A stretch of 64,000 nt of DNA from Amoebophrya sp. A120. Lineage: Eukaryota > Protista > Dinoflagellata. Below the pieces are notes generated by a model. It saw only the letters and a list, made by a program, of their open reading frames with translations, searched no databases and was not told the origin of the DNA. Each line of letters begins with the position of its first letter. Within the stretch, counting starts at the first letter, position 1. Below, piece after piece: positions 1 through 13,000 of this stretch. The stretch lies in NCBI GenBank assembly GCA_905178155.1, contig CAJINV010000003.1:1483557-1547556 (forward strand), given 5' to 3'. A program made the translations under genes and the position numbers.

Positions 1-301
1 AAGTTTGCCATGTTTTCGTCGCCCCCGCAGCAAGAACATGAGCTAGGGCGGAAGAAGGAAATTTCTTTCGAGAAACAACAACGTAAGATTCTCCTTGATT
101 ACGAAAAAGGTAAGTACAACACCCAAGCGACTTTCGGGACCCATGACGGCAAGATCGTCGGGCGGCTGAACCAGTTGCTGGAGAAGCAACGCGGTAAACA
201 ATCTGTTGCGCAGACTTCTGCCTGCGGTGGTTCTGCGAGCAGCTCCTCTTCGTCTTTCCAAAATAACCCGCAGCAGGCGCACCACAGACAACGCTGCAGC
301 C

Positions 302-563
302 TATCAAATGTAAAAATGTCTGGGTCCGGAACAAAACAACTTGTCATGCTAAATCTGAATCATGTAAAAACCTGTGTTGCATGATTACCAAAAGCTGTCC
401 ACTTTTGACCTAATCGAGAGGCAGTTTCTCATGCACGATAGGCATGATAAAACTCTCACAGAATCTGTCATGCTATGTCCCTCGTACCAGACCTCGCGGG
501 CCATGGAAAACCTGCATGACAAGTCTGGCATTCTTCCAGACCCCGACATTTTTGCAATTGATA
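302..563. mobile_element. Introner element, family A (MITE-like, TIR-bounded)
   Basis: Starts TATCAAATGTAAAAATGTCTGGGTCCGGAA and ends TTCCAGACCCCGACATTTTTGCAATTGATA (about 30-bp imperfect TIR). The body closely resembles the copy at 38773. The flanks CAGCC/CGACC do not form a TSD. Confidence 0.9.
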
Positions 564-1296
564 CGACCACCACGACGACGATATTCGGACTGGAAACCAC
601 AACAACGACAATCGCACCGGATGCGCCGTATCCCAACAAAGGTAGAAGTGGTTTTTGTCTATGCTGCTGGTTCTTGTTTGTTTGCGTATATATTCTGTGC
701 ATAGAAGATATCATGGCGCAAGAACTGTTTGCCGCTGCCGGCTATTACTTATGTAGCAAATAATTATTTTCGTAAAGGGAAATCAGAAATCAAAACTGCA
801 CAGATATGCTCCTGACAAAGCCGAACTACTTTCCGGACAATTTGAAACACGAGAACATCATGGTCCCGCTGGAGGCGATGGCCAGCAATCAGCCCACCGT
901 GGACTACCTCTTTGGCTACCGGTACCACACCGATGGGGAAGAGGGGTACCTGGCGCAGGCGGGGAACCTGCGGAAAATCATCTACCGAAACGTATGACTT
1001 GCTCAAACGTTACAATCTCAAACGTTACAATAGAGTCTGGAATTTGTGTTGCATGATGGGCATGACAGACTCGCACAGCGTTCCACCTTTTGCAATACAA
1101 ATTTTCCCAGATTGTAGTGGGGTTTGGAGCTCCGGAACTTGTCATGCGCAGCCCTATGAGAGTTGGCTAGATCATGCTCATCATGCAAGACAAATCTCAG
1201 ATTCTATTGTAACGTTTGAGATTGTAACACCCGAGCGGGTTATAAAACGACCCCCGGTACGGTGTGATGAACGTGATCAACGACCCGCGGAACGTG
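564..1296 (+). pseudogene. Three-exon fragment of an unrelated gene lying between two family A introners
   Basis: Exon 564-641, GT-AG intron 642-803, exon 804-992, introner 993-1244, exon 1250-1296. These join in frame: TTTTTIFGLETTTTTIAPDAPYPNK-DMLLTKPNYF...GNLRKIIYRN-DPRYGVMNVINDPRNV. No resemblance to metacaspase and no stop of its own. Confidence 0.6.
993..1244. mobile_element. Introner element, family B
   Basis: TAT...ATA ends. Long TIR (GTTACAATCTCAAACGTTACAATAGA.. at 1009, reverse complement ending 1228). TSD AAACG at 988-992 and 1245-1249. Removal restores the frame. Confidence 0.9.
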
Positions 1297-1385
1297 TATC
1301 AAATGTAAAAATTTCTGGGTCTGGAAAATGCAACCTGTCATGCTAAATCTGAAGCATGCAAAAATCTGTGTTGCATGATTACCAA
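1297..1385. mobile_element. Truncated family A introner (left end only)
   Basis: TATCAAATGTAAAAATTTCTGGGTCTGGAA...GTTGCATGATTACCAA matches the first about 90 bp of the copies at 302 and 38773. No right TIR. Confidence 0.85.
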
Positions 1386-1386
1386 C

Positions 1387-3064
1387 CAGCCACACCACCA
1401 CCAGCAGGCGCACCACAGACAACGCTGCAGCCACAGACACGTCCTGTCGGGAACAAGATTGGCGCAACAACTACATCTCCGGTGAGCAATGCCGCACTTG
1501 CTCCGTCCACACCCGACGAGCAGAGTAAGACCTCGTTCACAGCGACCGGTAGACGAAAAGCATTCCTGATTGGTATCAACTACTACGGGACGCAGGCGGA
1601 GCTGGCGGGCTGCGTGAATGACGTGGAGAACATATCTAGCCTGCTGATCCGAAAATTTGGTTGGCGGCAGAGCGAAATCCGCACGCTCGACGACGACCGC
1701 GGCCGCAGCTACCCGGCGGTGCACCCCACGCGGCAGCGCATCCTGGAGTCGTTGCAGTGGCTGGTACTGGACGCGCAGCCCGGGGACACGTTGTTTCTTC
1801 TGTACTCCGGCCACGGCGCCCAGGAGGTGGATCCCAACGGATACGAGGAGGACGGAATGAACGACACGATTCTGCTATCCAAGAAAGAAAACTGTGTTAG
1901 TGTAGATGTCTACTTGGAGTGATAGCATGACAAAGCTTTTCTGCATGACAGAGAAAGCCCTCTGGAGTGCACAGCTAGCACATGAAAATACACGCACATC
2001 GAAATAAGAGGACTTCGTGGTTATCTGGCATGAGTAAAAATGTAAAGTGTTCGGCATTTAGTCCATTACAGGCTTGCACTTCTATACACAGTTTTTACTG
2101 TCTTGCATATCTGCCGGTGGATTTTGCGGAGAACGGCATGATCTCGGACGATGTTCTCACGGAGCTCTGCGTCCGCCCGCTGCCCGAGGGCTGCAGTTTG
2201 ACCTGCATCATCGACGCCTGCCATTCGGGAACCGCGCTGGACCTGCCGTGGACGTGGCAGCCGGGCCTGGGGACCTGGCGAGAGGACTGGAACCCGTTTT
2301 TCACGAAGGCGGACGTGCAGATGTTCTCGGGGTGCGCGGACGCGGAAACCAGTTCCGACGGGGGCCGCGATCTGTACGGCCGCCGCGGTGGGGCGTTGAC
2401 AACCGCCTTCTGCGAGATTTTTGCAGCCTCGTCGCAGACCCGCGGGGCGGGCATCGGCTACGATGAGCTGCTGGAGCGGTTGCTGCAGTCCATGCGCGTG
2501 AACGGATTCTCGCAGACTCCGCAACTCAGTTCGAGCCAGGCCTTCGACCAGCGACAGCGCGTCTTCGCCCCTTTTGTTGTACAAAATGCGAGTTCTTCTT
2601 CGTCGCCGAGGCTGCTGCCGCAGCAGAAAAAGATCTGCAGGAACCTCAACAAGAATCCGGAGTACGGTCTCGTTTTCCGCAGAAAGTTCCCGCCGCAGCC
2701 GGCGCCACTCACCGGGTCACCACTGGAGTCGATGCTTATGGACCTCGGTATTGTCCTTTGGTGCCTTTTTTTATTCACGAATGTCGTGCAAGATACGAAG
2801 AGTTCCTCAATTTTTTCACGTCTCTAGAACAAAGTAAGTATTTCGTCGAGCAGGAGTTAAAAATGTTGAAAGTTTCAAATTTTTTACCCCGCATTATCAG
2901 GTATGTTGGTGTTACAAGATGCGGTGGCGGAGGAAATCGGGGGTGCTGTGGTCGACGGTTTGGGGGATGTTTTCGGCGGCATGGGCGACCTGCTGGGCGG
3001 TGCTGGGGACCTGCTGGGCGGTGCTGCGGACGACGTCGCTCAGGACATCGAGGAACTTTTCTAA
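1387..3064 (+). CDS. Metacaspase (peptidase C14B); 5' end uncertain, possibly extending to the ORF at 10-301
   Basis: RRKAFLIGINYYG, LAGCVNDV, LLYSGHG (catalytic His) and IIDACHSG (catalytic Cys). Removing introner 1876-2109 plus one TSD gives DGMNDTILPVDF. GT-AG intron 2748-2900. Last exon ends DIEELF-TAA at 3064. Confidence 0.93.
1876..2109. mobile_element. Introner element, family E, in metacaspase
   Basis: TATCCAAGAAAGAAAACTGTGT ... ACACAGTTTTTACTGTCTTGCATA imperfect TIR. TSD TCTGC at 1871-1875 and 2110-2114. No GT-AG register exists. It interrupts the conserved ILPVDF motif. Confidence 0.9.
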
Positions 3065-4080
3065 ATCGTGTTTCACAGGAATGAATGCAAGCTGATTTGG
3101 TGGGCACTCCACTGTTTACTACGTCCACGTCGTACATTGAGCATGACAGGAAGCGCTAGTTGTGTAGCTGTGCGGTATTCAGTTGATGCTTCCTTGCTCG
3201 CTATCGTGTGGTGGAAGCGTGCTGTACTTAATGTCGTTTCTTGCATCGTGTCGTGCTCGTGCGGCATGTTGAAATATCGCTGTACTTCTACAACGTGGCA
3301 TGATCGTCATCCAAATCTTCTTTGAGAGCAGGCGTCGCGTGTGCAAACCTTCAATTGACAACCTGTACGAATGGATGCACAGCGACATGTAATAAAGAGG
3401 TTCTTCTAGATGAAGTAAATGATGTAAAATACTTGAACATGACAAACGGACACACATTCATATGTTTGAACTTCACCGACGAGTTTCGGTATCTAGATCA
3501 AATAATATTATGGTAAAGCACAGCTCTCGCTCTCAGGAAGTGTGCCGATGTCCGTTCAGTAATTATACCGTAGGCTGGGCCACGACGCTCTATGATCAGC
3601 CATGAGAACCAGGCTGCAGCTGGTGCATGGTTGTAGATATGTACTAGAATTGGAGACTTTTATTTAGTTGAACTTGGTCTTGGACCCTAAGTCGCCGATG
3701 TAGGACGGAGGAGAAGCTGCAGTGCCTTCCTAGCCATCGATCATTCTCAGTCCTCAAGTGATGAAACGTAGTGATTTATGACATAGGTGAACACAATCTG
3801 CCTTCGATGCACACACACCCCCAGCAGGAGCCCTATAGGTTCCACCTACTTGTGTGTCTACAAGAAGAGCCTTAGTTTCCCCTAGGCCTTCTCCAATTAT
3901 TGATTCCCATATGTAGCCTCGTACTGTTTATTTGCTTTATTCTGTGCGCATGCACCCACGCAAAACCTGTGCAGACGTCAATAAACTTTTCATCTCGACG
4001 ATGAATTGTGTATGATTTACCCCGGAAGGAATTAGAAATTTCCCCTAAGCGTACATATCTTTCGAAAATCGTAAAGGAAA

Positions 4081-7000
4081 ATGGACGAGCTTCTTGGCCA
4101 TAGATACGTGCCTGTGGGCCGTGCGCCACCGCCTGATGAAGGTATGATTTGCGTTGACCAGGTAACGGGTCAAATTGTAATCGTACCGGACAACGTCGTC
4201 AAGGTCCTCAAGCAAGCCGAAAAACGGACAGAATTATCCGCTTACAATCGTTCCGCCCTCGCAATGCGCTCTTCGGGAGGAAGTCTGGTGTCTTCATCTG
4301 CGCGGCCCTCCGGATCACACAGTGGCAGCCACATCGTGCAAACGGGAGGCGCCACGAAAAATGCCTTGCCGGCGGCCGAGGAAGCGCAAGACACTGCGGC
4401 GTCGAAGGTGGCCAAGAAGAAAAGAAATAAGAAAAACAAGAAGGCCTCCCCTGATGATGCAGGAGGAGCAGCGACCCCCGGTTCCAGCCCTAGTGCCGAT
4501 CCACCGAAAGCCGTTTTGCAACCTTCAAATATATCACCTGAGGAGAGAGGTGCACGATCTTCAACTGGTGAGGCTGCTGATACAACTTCCAAGGGCTGCA
4601 TGAAGAAAAGCGATTCGTCAAACACACCCGTGCACGACTTTGGCGACTCGTTTTGGCAGAAAGAGGTGGTTGCCATCGAGGAAAACTCCTCCTGGTCCCA
4701 GGAGGTCGTAGCCTCGGGGCCCGGGAAGCATATGTGCTACTACCTTGCCAACCTCGGCTACAATTCGGTTGTGGAAACGTATCCCAACCTGAAACCGCAG
4801 CTGATCCTGGGTAGGAACATCACAAAATTACGGAAAAAGGACGTTACAGGCTACTTTTGCGAGAAAGCGCCGCTCGGCAAAGAAGTCCAGCTGGCGCTAA
4901 AGACCAAAAGCAATAAAACACAGCCGGGAAAAGACGCACAATGGGCCGCTGATCTGAAGTTGGACCTGGGCAAAAACGAGTCCCTGAAACAGTTCGTCTA
5001 CGACCGGACGGAGAAATTTCCGTACGAGTGCGCGGAAGACTTCCTGAAAGACATTTTTTGCCTGCACGAGCCCGGCTCTACTTCGTCCCCGAAAACAAGT
5101 CAACGCGGGGGGGCAACATCCGAGCAATCTGCAGCAGTGGTCACCGCCATAGCAAACGAGGTCTTGTGGTACGATGCTAGCGTGAGGTGCCACTTGCGCG
5201 AAGGACTTGTGGTACTTCTGAACGCGAAAAACTGTCGTTCATTTCGCCTCGCTGTGCTGGAGAAAGTGTGTCACGCTGCCGTTCAAGTATTGCAAGAGTT
5301 TCTACCATCGGCGGCCAAGAAGCAGGAACAGGTTGACAGCGCCACGGAATCGACATCAACCACCGCGGAACAAGTGGCGAGTGACGAGCACGTCGATATT
5401 GAAAATTCAGCAAATAAGGAACTCGTGCAGACTGCGGTGGCTCGGTTTCAGCATTTTTGTCAGTGGCTGCAGCAGGAGCTCGATGATTTTACATTGCAGC
5501 TGTTCGACGACGACGGGAAAGCAGCAAAAGCAGTGCGCACCGAGCTGACCGCTGTCGTTAACATGTTTAAACTCTGCTCCTCGAGTAAGGACAGCACATA
5601 CAGCAATAACTGCGCTGCGGCAGGCGAAAAGAAGGATTGTGCGCAGGGAAAGAACTTTTACTTGCAAACCGAGGACCACCAGCTCGACGTCTTACTCTCC
5701 TGTTCGAGGCAGCTGCTGGGTTCCGCAGTTTGGAAAGGAGTCGGATCGCTCAAGCACCTGATTGCGTTTGTAGAGCAACTTCATGAAGTCGGAGATGTGG
5801 GGGACAGTGTGTGGAAAGAGCTGACATGCTCGTCCGGCTCACTGTCGACATCGACGAGTCTTTCTTCGACAAAACGGGCGGAAGTCGTTGCGGCACCCTT
5901 TGAGGAGGAGGATGATGACTCCGAAGACGAGCAGTCAGTCTCGGAGTACGAAAGCCTCGACGGGGATGCGGACGAAAATGGCCTCTCGTTAGAGCAGGCC
6001 AGAGCTCCTGCTGCAGATGAAGACCCGAGGGCGCCGCAGCGGCAGACTTGTTGCATTAGGCTTCGAAAAAAGTGCGTCGATAGCTCGTTTGGTTCCTTGG
6101 AAAAATCCTCACACTCTTTCCCCGAGCAGTCGCAAACAGCTATTTTTTCCGACCTTCCCCTGCTGCTCCGGTGTTATCAAGGTGCCGCCTACGTTCGAGG
6201 TCTGCGCTCGCCGTTGGCAAAACAGCGTTTTGACGAGCTCCTCGCCTGCTTCGTCGAGGACGAACTAAAAAAGTTGACAGACCTGTCAAAGGTAGCAGCG
6301 GTAAGACCGCATGAGATAGACGAAAGTTCGTTTGCCGCGGACTTTTGGCCTCCTGTCTTGGACTTGATGTCGACAAGGAATGGCGAGCTCTATACGCAGT
6401 TAGACCCGCAGCCGTTTGTTCTTGAAGATCAGCTTCCCATGGCCTCGGAGATTGCAACAACTGAGACTGCTATAGCACAGAGTACGCCTGCCGAGGTGTC
6501 CATCGGTCGCTGTGGCGTCGCCGGTGAAGACAAGAAAGAATTAAACACGGACCGTCTAATCCGCGCCCTGCGTGATCCAATAGAATTCCTCGACCTTTTT
6601 CTTTTCGAAGCTGCGCGCGCGGGCAACCCGTGGATTGTCTCCGTGCCGTTCGCAATGGAGAAGCTGCTGACCAGCTTTCTCCAACACGCTTTCGTCCAAG
6701 ACCTGTTGCGAGATCAGGACGCTGCACTTCGTCTCGGAGCTATGTTGCGCAAAGCTTTGGGTCGACTGCGCGAACGAGAGCCTGGCTGTATGTGTTTCAT
6801 CAAAGCGGCGCTTCCAGATCGACAGGAAACAAGCTACGAGTTCTTGTCTCGACTGCAAGGCGTCTTTGCCCAAACATTTGACAACTTGGGTAGGAGCAGG
6901 TACCTGCATCAGGTCCCGGAAAGTATTTTCGTTTTCCTTCCGCTACTGCTTGATGGCGTCGGAGACGTACACAAGCCCTTGCAGCTACGTGGAGATGTCA

Positions 7001-10000
7001 CCGAGCACCTGACGGGTTGCCTGTGCGATGTGTTAGATTTTTTGGGCCAGCGGGTTTGCACGGACGACGATGAGTTTGGCTTGGATGCCACTAGTCGTAC
7101 CATGGCGAATAAATTTTTGCTGGCAGAAGGAGCGCGTGACGAACAATGCCGTCGAAATTATCGAGCTGCTGTTGGCAAGCTTGTGCAAGCATCGAGAGTG
7201 CATTGCGACACAATTTTCACTGCGTCACTTCCGGTGCGCGAGGTCGCGGAGAAGAGTCGAAAGTACTCTGTCGCAGGACAGCTGGACCGAAATTGCGGAA
7301 AGCTCGTCGACGCTCATGCTGCTGTCACCGGCTGCATCCATGCATCTTCGCCCGCCGCGCTGACAGTCGCAGACACAGCTGAAGAATTCGTCGACACGAA
7401 AGCGCTGTTAAGCTGCTCATGGGGATTCAAACTTGAAGTGGTTTTGCCCGTGCTGGATGCTCTTGTGCAGACGTGCGCCGACCGGGTGCAAGCGGTCTGC
7501 ATCTTTCTTCAACGTGAAGAACGACGCCAGCAGCAGCTCTTTTTAGACGCGTTCAAGGAAGCTGAAAAACTGGAGAACAGAATCCGCAACACGATCCTGC
7601 AAGACGGAATCGGAGCGCTTTTGAAGGGGCACCTTCTCGGCCGAACTTACGAAGCGTACTGCGCAACCCGGGACAGCCGACCTCTTCCGTGCGATCCCGA
7701 TGCGGAGCCGATCTTCGCCGTGATGACACTAGGCAAAATGACGGAGCGCAAAGCGGCCGAGGCCACAGGGAAGAATCCGCTTGCCAAGAGCATGGCAGCA
7801 GCAGCCGAGGACTCCAATGCAGGGCGGACGTCCCGTGACCTGCGCGTGGCGTTCGAGCGACATTGCAAGCCGAAGCTGATTTTCGACCAGCAGGGGCAGT
7901 GTACCGGGTTGACGCCGCTGAAGCTCCTCTGTCTACTCTGCACACACGCAGCCACGGCAACGGCAGAGCAGTTTCTCGATTTTGTTGAGGATACGACTGT
8001 CGAAGAACTGGAAGTAGTCGGAGGTGTTGAAGATGAAGATCTAGAGGAGCGCGGGGCATTCAACGCACAGAAATTGGTAGAGGATGTGGCTGCTGCGCAG
8101 CAATCCTCGAAGGATGACGAGCCTGCAAAGGAGCAAGCCTTCACAGGAGAAAATCTGCACACCAAGGATGTGGTTGAGGGGCGCGAGCCTGCTGCGCCGA
8201 CACAGGTGGAATCAAAAGTGGTTAGTGCAGAGCCCTCGTCTTCAGTACAACCACTGGCGCGCGCAGCTTCGGCAACAGAAGTCGATCAGACGGAGAAAGG
8301 GATTGCTTCCTCTGTTGAAAATAACTGGATTCAGAGAGGCGTCGGCAAAAAGGATTTCTACTCAGAGGAGGGGTATGCGCTCGGAATCATCAACGACAGC
8401 AACCACATCGTCGTCAAAAATAATTTTCGCCATGAGTCTTCGCGACGATATCTTGAAGACAACAATATCAAGTGCTTCGAGTCGGACATGCACATGAAAA
8501 ACGACTCGCCGCGCCTGATATGGGTCATGTTCACCATGGCGGAGACAAACATCAAAGACACCAGGTTACAGCGGCCAGGTTCCTACGTACAGTTTCAGAT
8601 AGACATGTCGCGTGCCCCGATCCTGGAACAGAATTCACCGCACGGAAAGGCAACGTATTTTGCGATCAACAGCAGTGTTTGGAGGGCTTCCTGGCAATAC
8701 CAGAGCTACGAGTGGGTGCTGCAGGAACCTACTGTTCACCATCGCTCACAGACCCGTTTGGACCGGAAACAGAGCGACATGCTGAACGAGGAGCTTTTCG
8801 CAGATCACACTGACGTCGCAGCGACCGGGAAAGAGCCGACAAAGCGCGCTTGGGCATGCGTGTTTCACGACATGAAGTTTGCGCGCGAAGACTTCCGGCA
8901 GCAACACGACGGCCGCTCTTTGCTGGGACAAATCGCGTACCGCGCAGACGACTCGTTCGTGAAGAAGGTCGGCTTTGTCAAGCCGTTGGGGCCCCGCGAG
9001 GGCGCTGAGTTTCCCGAGGTCAAAACCATGCTCGGAAAAAACAAGATGGAGAACTTCGGCAAAAGTGCGCAGTTCATTCACGTCGACCTCAAGGGCCTGG
9101 CAAGGCACGCGCGGCTGGAACCGATAAAGGGAGACGTGGTTTCCTTCACTCTGGATGAGGACTCGAAGAAAGTCAGCGAGGTGGTGAGCGGAAGAAAGAA
9201 ATACCTTCCCGCACGCGATCTGCACGTTGTCCGCTATAAGTCCACAATAAACTCCGGAGCGAGAACCGGCTCCGCGTCATCTCCCATGCGTGGCTTGCGG
9301 CATCTTCTGAAGCTACTCGAGCCCGTATATACGAAGTCTTTGACTAGTACTTCGGTAGCTGATTTTGAGAAGGAACTCGGCTGGTACAGCTTGGTATCCG
9401 AAGCACTGCAGCAGTTTCAGGATGTGGCGTCGAGTCCGGAGGACGCGACTACAACGAACAGGACCCGCAGACGAGCGAATACTGCGTCCAGAGGGGATGC
9501 CAGCACCAGAAATGGCCCAGGAGACGGGGACCTGAGTGACTTCAGCGACGCAAGTAGTGATGCGTTTGACGAAGAAGACGATGCGTTCCTGGGTCCCGGT
9601 GACGAAGATGTGTCCATGCGGCAACGCAGTCAGGCCGAACTCGAGGCGTTGCGCAAAAGAACCGCTCTAATCACCTCCGGCGAGAGCGGAGCCGCTTTTT
9701 TCCAGCTTTGTGTCGAAGAACTGTTGCAGTTGCTCGACGTTTCTTTTCACTTTCCTCTGACAGCTGATGAAATGGCAGAAGTCGGCGCGGGCAACCAGGA
9801 TTTGTATTTGCAGGGAGGTGGTGGAGGAACGTTGGGCGCCACCAGTTACGTGACAAGCAGGTCGTCTTCAGTTCTTCCGGCACGATCTTCAGGCGCAACA
9901 ACTGTATGGGGCGTAGCTCCGTCTGTGGTTGGTGCAACGCTTGCTGAGGAGCGAGCGAGGCTGGTGAATGCAATCCTTGGTCTGATGATGTCTTTTGAAC

Positions 10001-13000
10001 GCGAGTACCGTCAGCGCGTCGGGGTGACGGTTAAGGCCCCCGGTGAGCCACAAAATCCGAACATCGACCCTCGCCAATGTCTCGATGCAACCCGTCACAG
10101 TTCGCTTCTCGTGACATTTTTGTCCGCGTTGACGCATTTGGCGGAATCTCGTCAGAGTGCCTCCGCCGCGCAGCTGGATCTCGTCGCTCGTGCCTTAGCT
10201 AGGTGCTTCAAGTTGAAAGAGAAGGCAAGTCCAAATAGCAGCCCCGCCGACTCGGCGTTCCAAAAGCCTCGGGGGGACCGAGGGCAGCAAAAGCAGAGTG
10301 CGTTGTCGAAGTCCAAGTCGAACAACAAATCCAGCGGATCTGCCCTGCTCCTGAGAAGTTCCTCATCATCTTCACAGCAAAACGCCTCTCATCTTGCCGG
10401 TTTGAGTGTCGTTGGTCTTACGGGCGTATCCGAGCTGTTTCAGTTTGTGGTGGCCAACGTGCAGATTTACGACCCGAATCTCATCGAGGGCTTTCGCGCG
10501 CTGTTCTCCTCCGGGCCGCTGCGCGCCCTGCAGACGCGCGCAGAGACCGCCTTGTTGTACGACGTGCACGGCTTCCTGGAGCAGGCACAGAAGACCCACC
10601 TGAACGCCATGAGGTTTCTCGCGCAGCGGGCGCAGGTCGCGCAGGGAACCCGCGAAGAATTGGAGGAAAAGCACTGGTCAGAGTTGCCGCTAATCCCTAC
10701 CCTAGACGAACTTCGGGACGACCGACTGGGGAATCTACCGGTAGTGCCCGACGTTCGGGCGGCCGTACGGAAGTTCATGAACGAAAGCAGAGCGGGCGCG
10801 GACAGCGCACGAGGAGAAACTACTTCCATAATCGGTCTGCGGGGATACGAGAGCTATGAGCACTACATGAACACGATTCTTCGACAGCTGCGGCAAGATA
10901 CCTTTTCGAGTCTGCGGATGGGCGTGTCGCGTTACATCCGCAGCCGCACCGTGGATTTCGGGCTCATGCGCATGTACAACCCGCAGTTCGTCGGCTTTCA
11001 CTTCCGCGACCAGGACACCATCTCGGTCGTGCTGAAGGTGCAGGCGATGAAGGATAGTCGGACCGGGGACTACAACAAGTACTGGGCGGACAACGGCGGT
11101 ATGATGTACGGCAATTTGATCGTTATCTCCCTAGACGGCGATTTTGAAGACGAGGGTCGGCTGGTGTACGCTCAGGTAAGCTGGTCGGACAAGGAGATCT
11201 TGCGCACAGAGGGAATTTTCTTCGCGGAAATTCTACCGCGGGAAATCACGGGTAGCGAACGGAGTCCGATGGAACAGGTGATCGCGCTGATTGCGGCGCT
11301 CTCCAGTGGCGACAATGAAGCGGTGCTTGCGGAAAGTCCGGCGTACTACAAGGCTTTTTCTCCTGGCTTGAAGTGTCTGCAGGGAAAAAAACAATTGGAA
11401 AATCTGCCGCCGTTCGCCTCCGAGTTCATTTTCGGAACGAAGAGCTATGCCGGACCTCATCTAGTTCCGGGTCGAGAATCTGGACCACGCAGTGGGGTTT
11501 TTCCTGCTTGGTCGACCCCAACAGAGCCTGCGCCCTTCTACCTGAATCAATGGCCCGGAGCGACCGTCGAGATCGGACTTTTAGATCAGCAAGCAACGTC
11601 GGAAGACGGCTCTGCCGTCGAGTCAACGTCGCGTCGCATGCGGGTCGACGAATGCGTGCCGGTGTTGCTGAGTAAAAAGGGAGAAGAAGGTCGAAATGCG
11701 AACGATCGCAGTCTCGACAGTAATGTTGCCACTGCGTTGGATGAATTTCAGCAGCACGCGGTGGGCGTCGTTCTCTCTCGCGCCATCGCGGCCATCCAGG
11801 GCGCGCCGGGATGTGGGAAGTCTCATCTAGCGGTGCTCCTGGTGCGCCTCCTGGCGAGTCTGCGTGACAAGAACGGGGCGCCGGTCAGGCTTCGCTTCCT
11901 GATCGTTACCTACAAAAACAAGGCATTGAACGAGCTCGCCGAGGCGTTGCTGAAGTACTTTCCGAAAGACCTGGTGCGCGTCGGGTCGGGCGGGACGGGC
12001 GAGGACAGTTCGGAGTTGCTCGAATCGCGAAACCTGAACCTGCTCAAATCGGCCTACCAGCAGACGGAAGAAAGTCACGCTTTCAACGAGGAATGGAAGC
12101 GGGCGGACAAGCGGCTGGACGTTGTGTCTACGGAGATGGAGGAGTTGGCAACCCGTTTGGTCAAAGCTCGCTTCTGGTCGATTTCGCTCTTCGTGCTGCG
12201 GAGTCGGCCGGGCCAGCTGGAACAACTGCTGCGAGGCGCCGGCGAGAAAGGGCATCTGCAGATGAGTGTCAACGAGCTCAGCAAGTGCCTGACAGAGGCC
12301 GAACAGTGGGTGACGCGGATGCGACAGATCCGGAACAAGGACCTGACTCTGGCAAATTTTCTGGATTGCGAGGCCGAATACCTCAAGGATCCGGTGTTGC
12401 ACAAAACACGACTGGACCTGTATGCGTGCCTGTCTGACGCGCTGGAGAAATGGGTGCCGCAAATGCAATGGTTTCAGGCTGTCGCCGAGCGGGTGCGTCA
12501 GCATAAGGTCATCGGCGGACGCAAACTGGACCTGCAGAACGATCGCAAATTCAAGAGCCTCGTGGTAGAGTTGAAAGACGGAAAAAGAACACGAGCGTTC
12601 GAGGAAAGGAACGCAGCGCACGAACTGCAAGAATCTTCCGGCTCTAACAGTGCATCGTCAACGTCGCTTGCTGCACAGAATTACGCGTCCAATGGTGCTT
12701 CCCTCGAGGATGACGACGAAGAAGATTTCCTAAAAGAAGCGCAATACCAGCGAGACGCGGGAGAAATGATGGACAACAACGTGTTAAGCGTGGAGCCGCG
12801 ACGTGGACGCAGGTACAACAACCAGGGTCAGGGTGTGCGCGGCAACCGCATGACCTTTAAGGATTGGGAGGATCACAAGAAGCACGTCATTTTCCTCGAT
12901 GCGAGCACGTCTGACGCAATTCGATACGCGCCCGAGGTGACCGAGTACTTCGCCTCGCGGAAACCCAACCTGCTGAAGCGGAAGGATCTTTGGTCCCTTG

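Noticed and set aside
110-273. Possible GT-AG intron linking the ORF at 10 to the metacaspase frame
   Set aside because: GTAAGT and CCGCAG exist, but the region also reads as open coding sequence and the downstream join is ambiguous. It cannot be supported without cDNA.
302-384. Recurring peptide SNVKMSGSG..LVMLN in several ORFs (also near 1300, 38780, 44640) as a shared protein domain
   Set aside because: It is read-through translation of the family A introner TIR, not protein.
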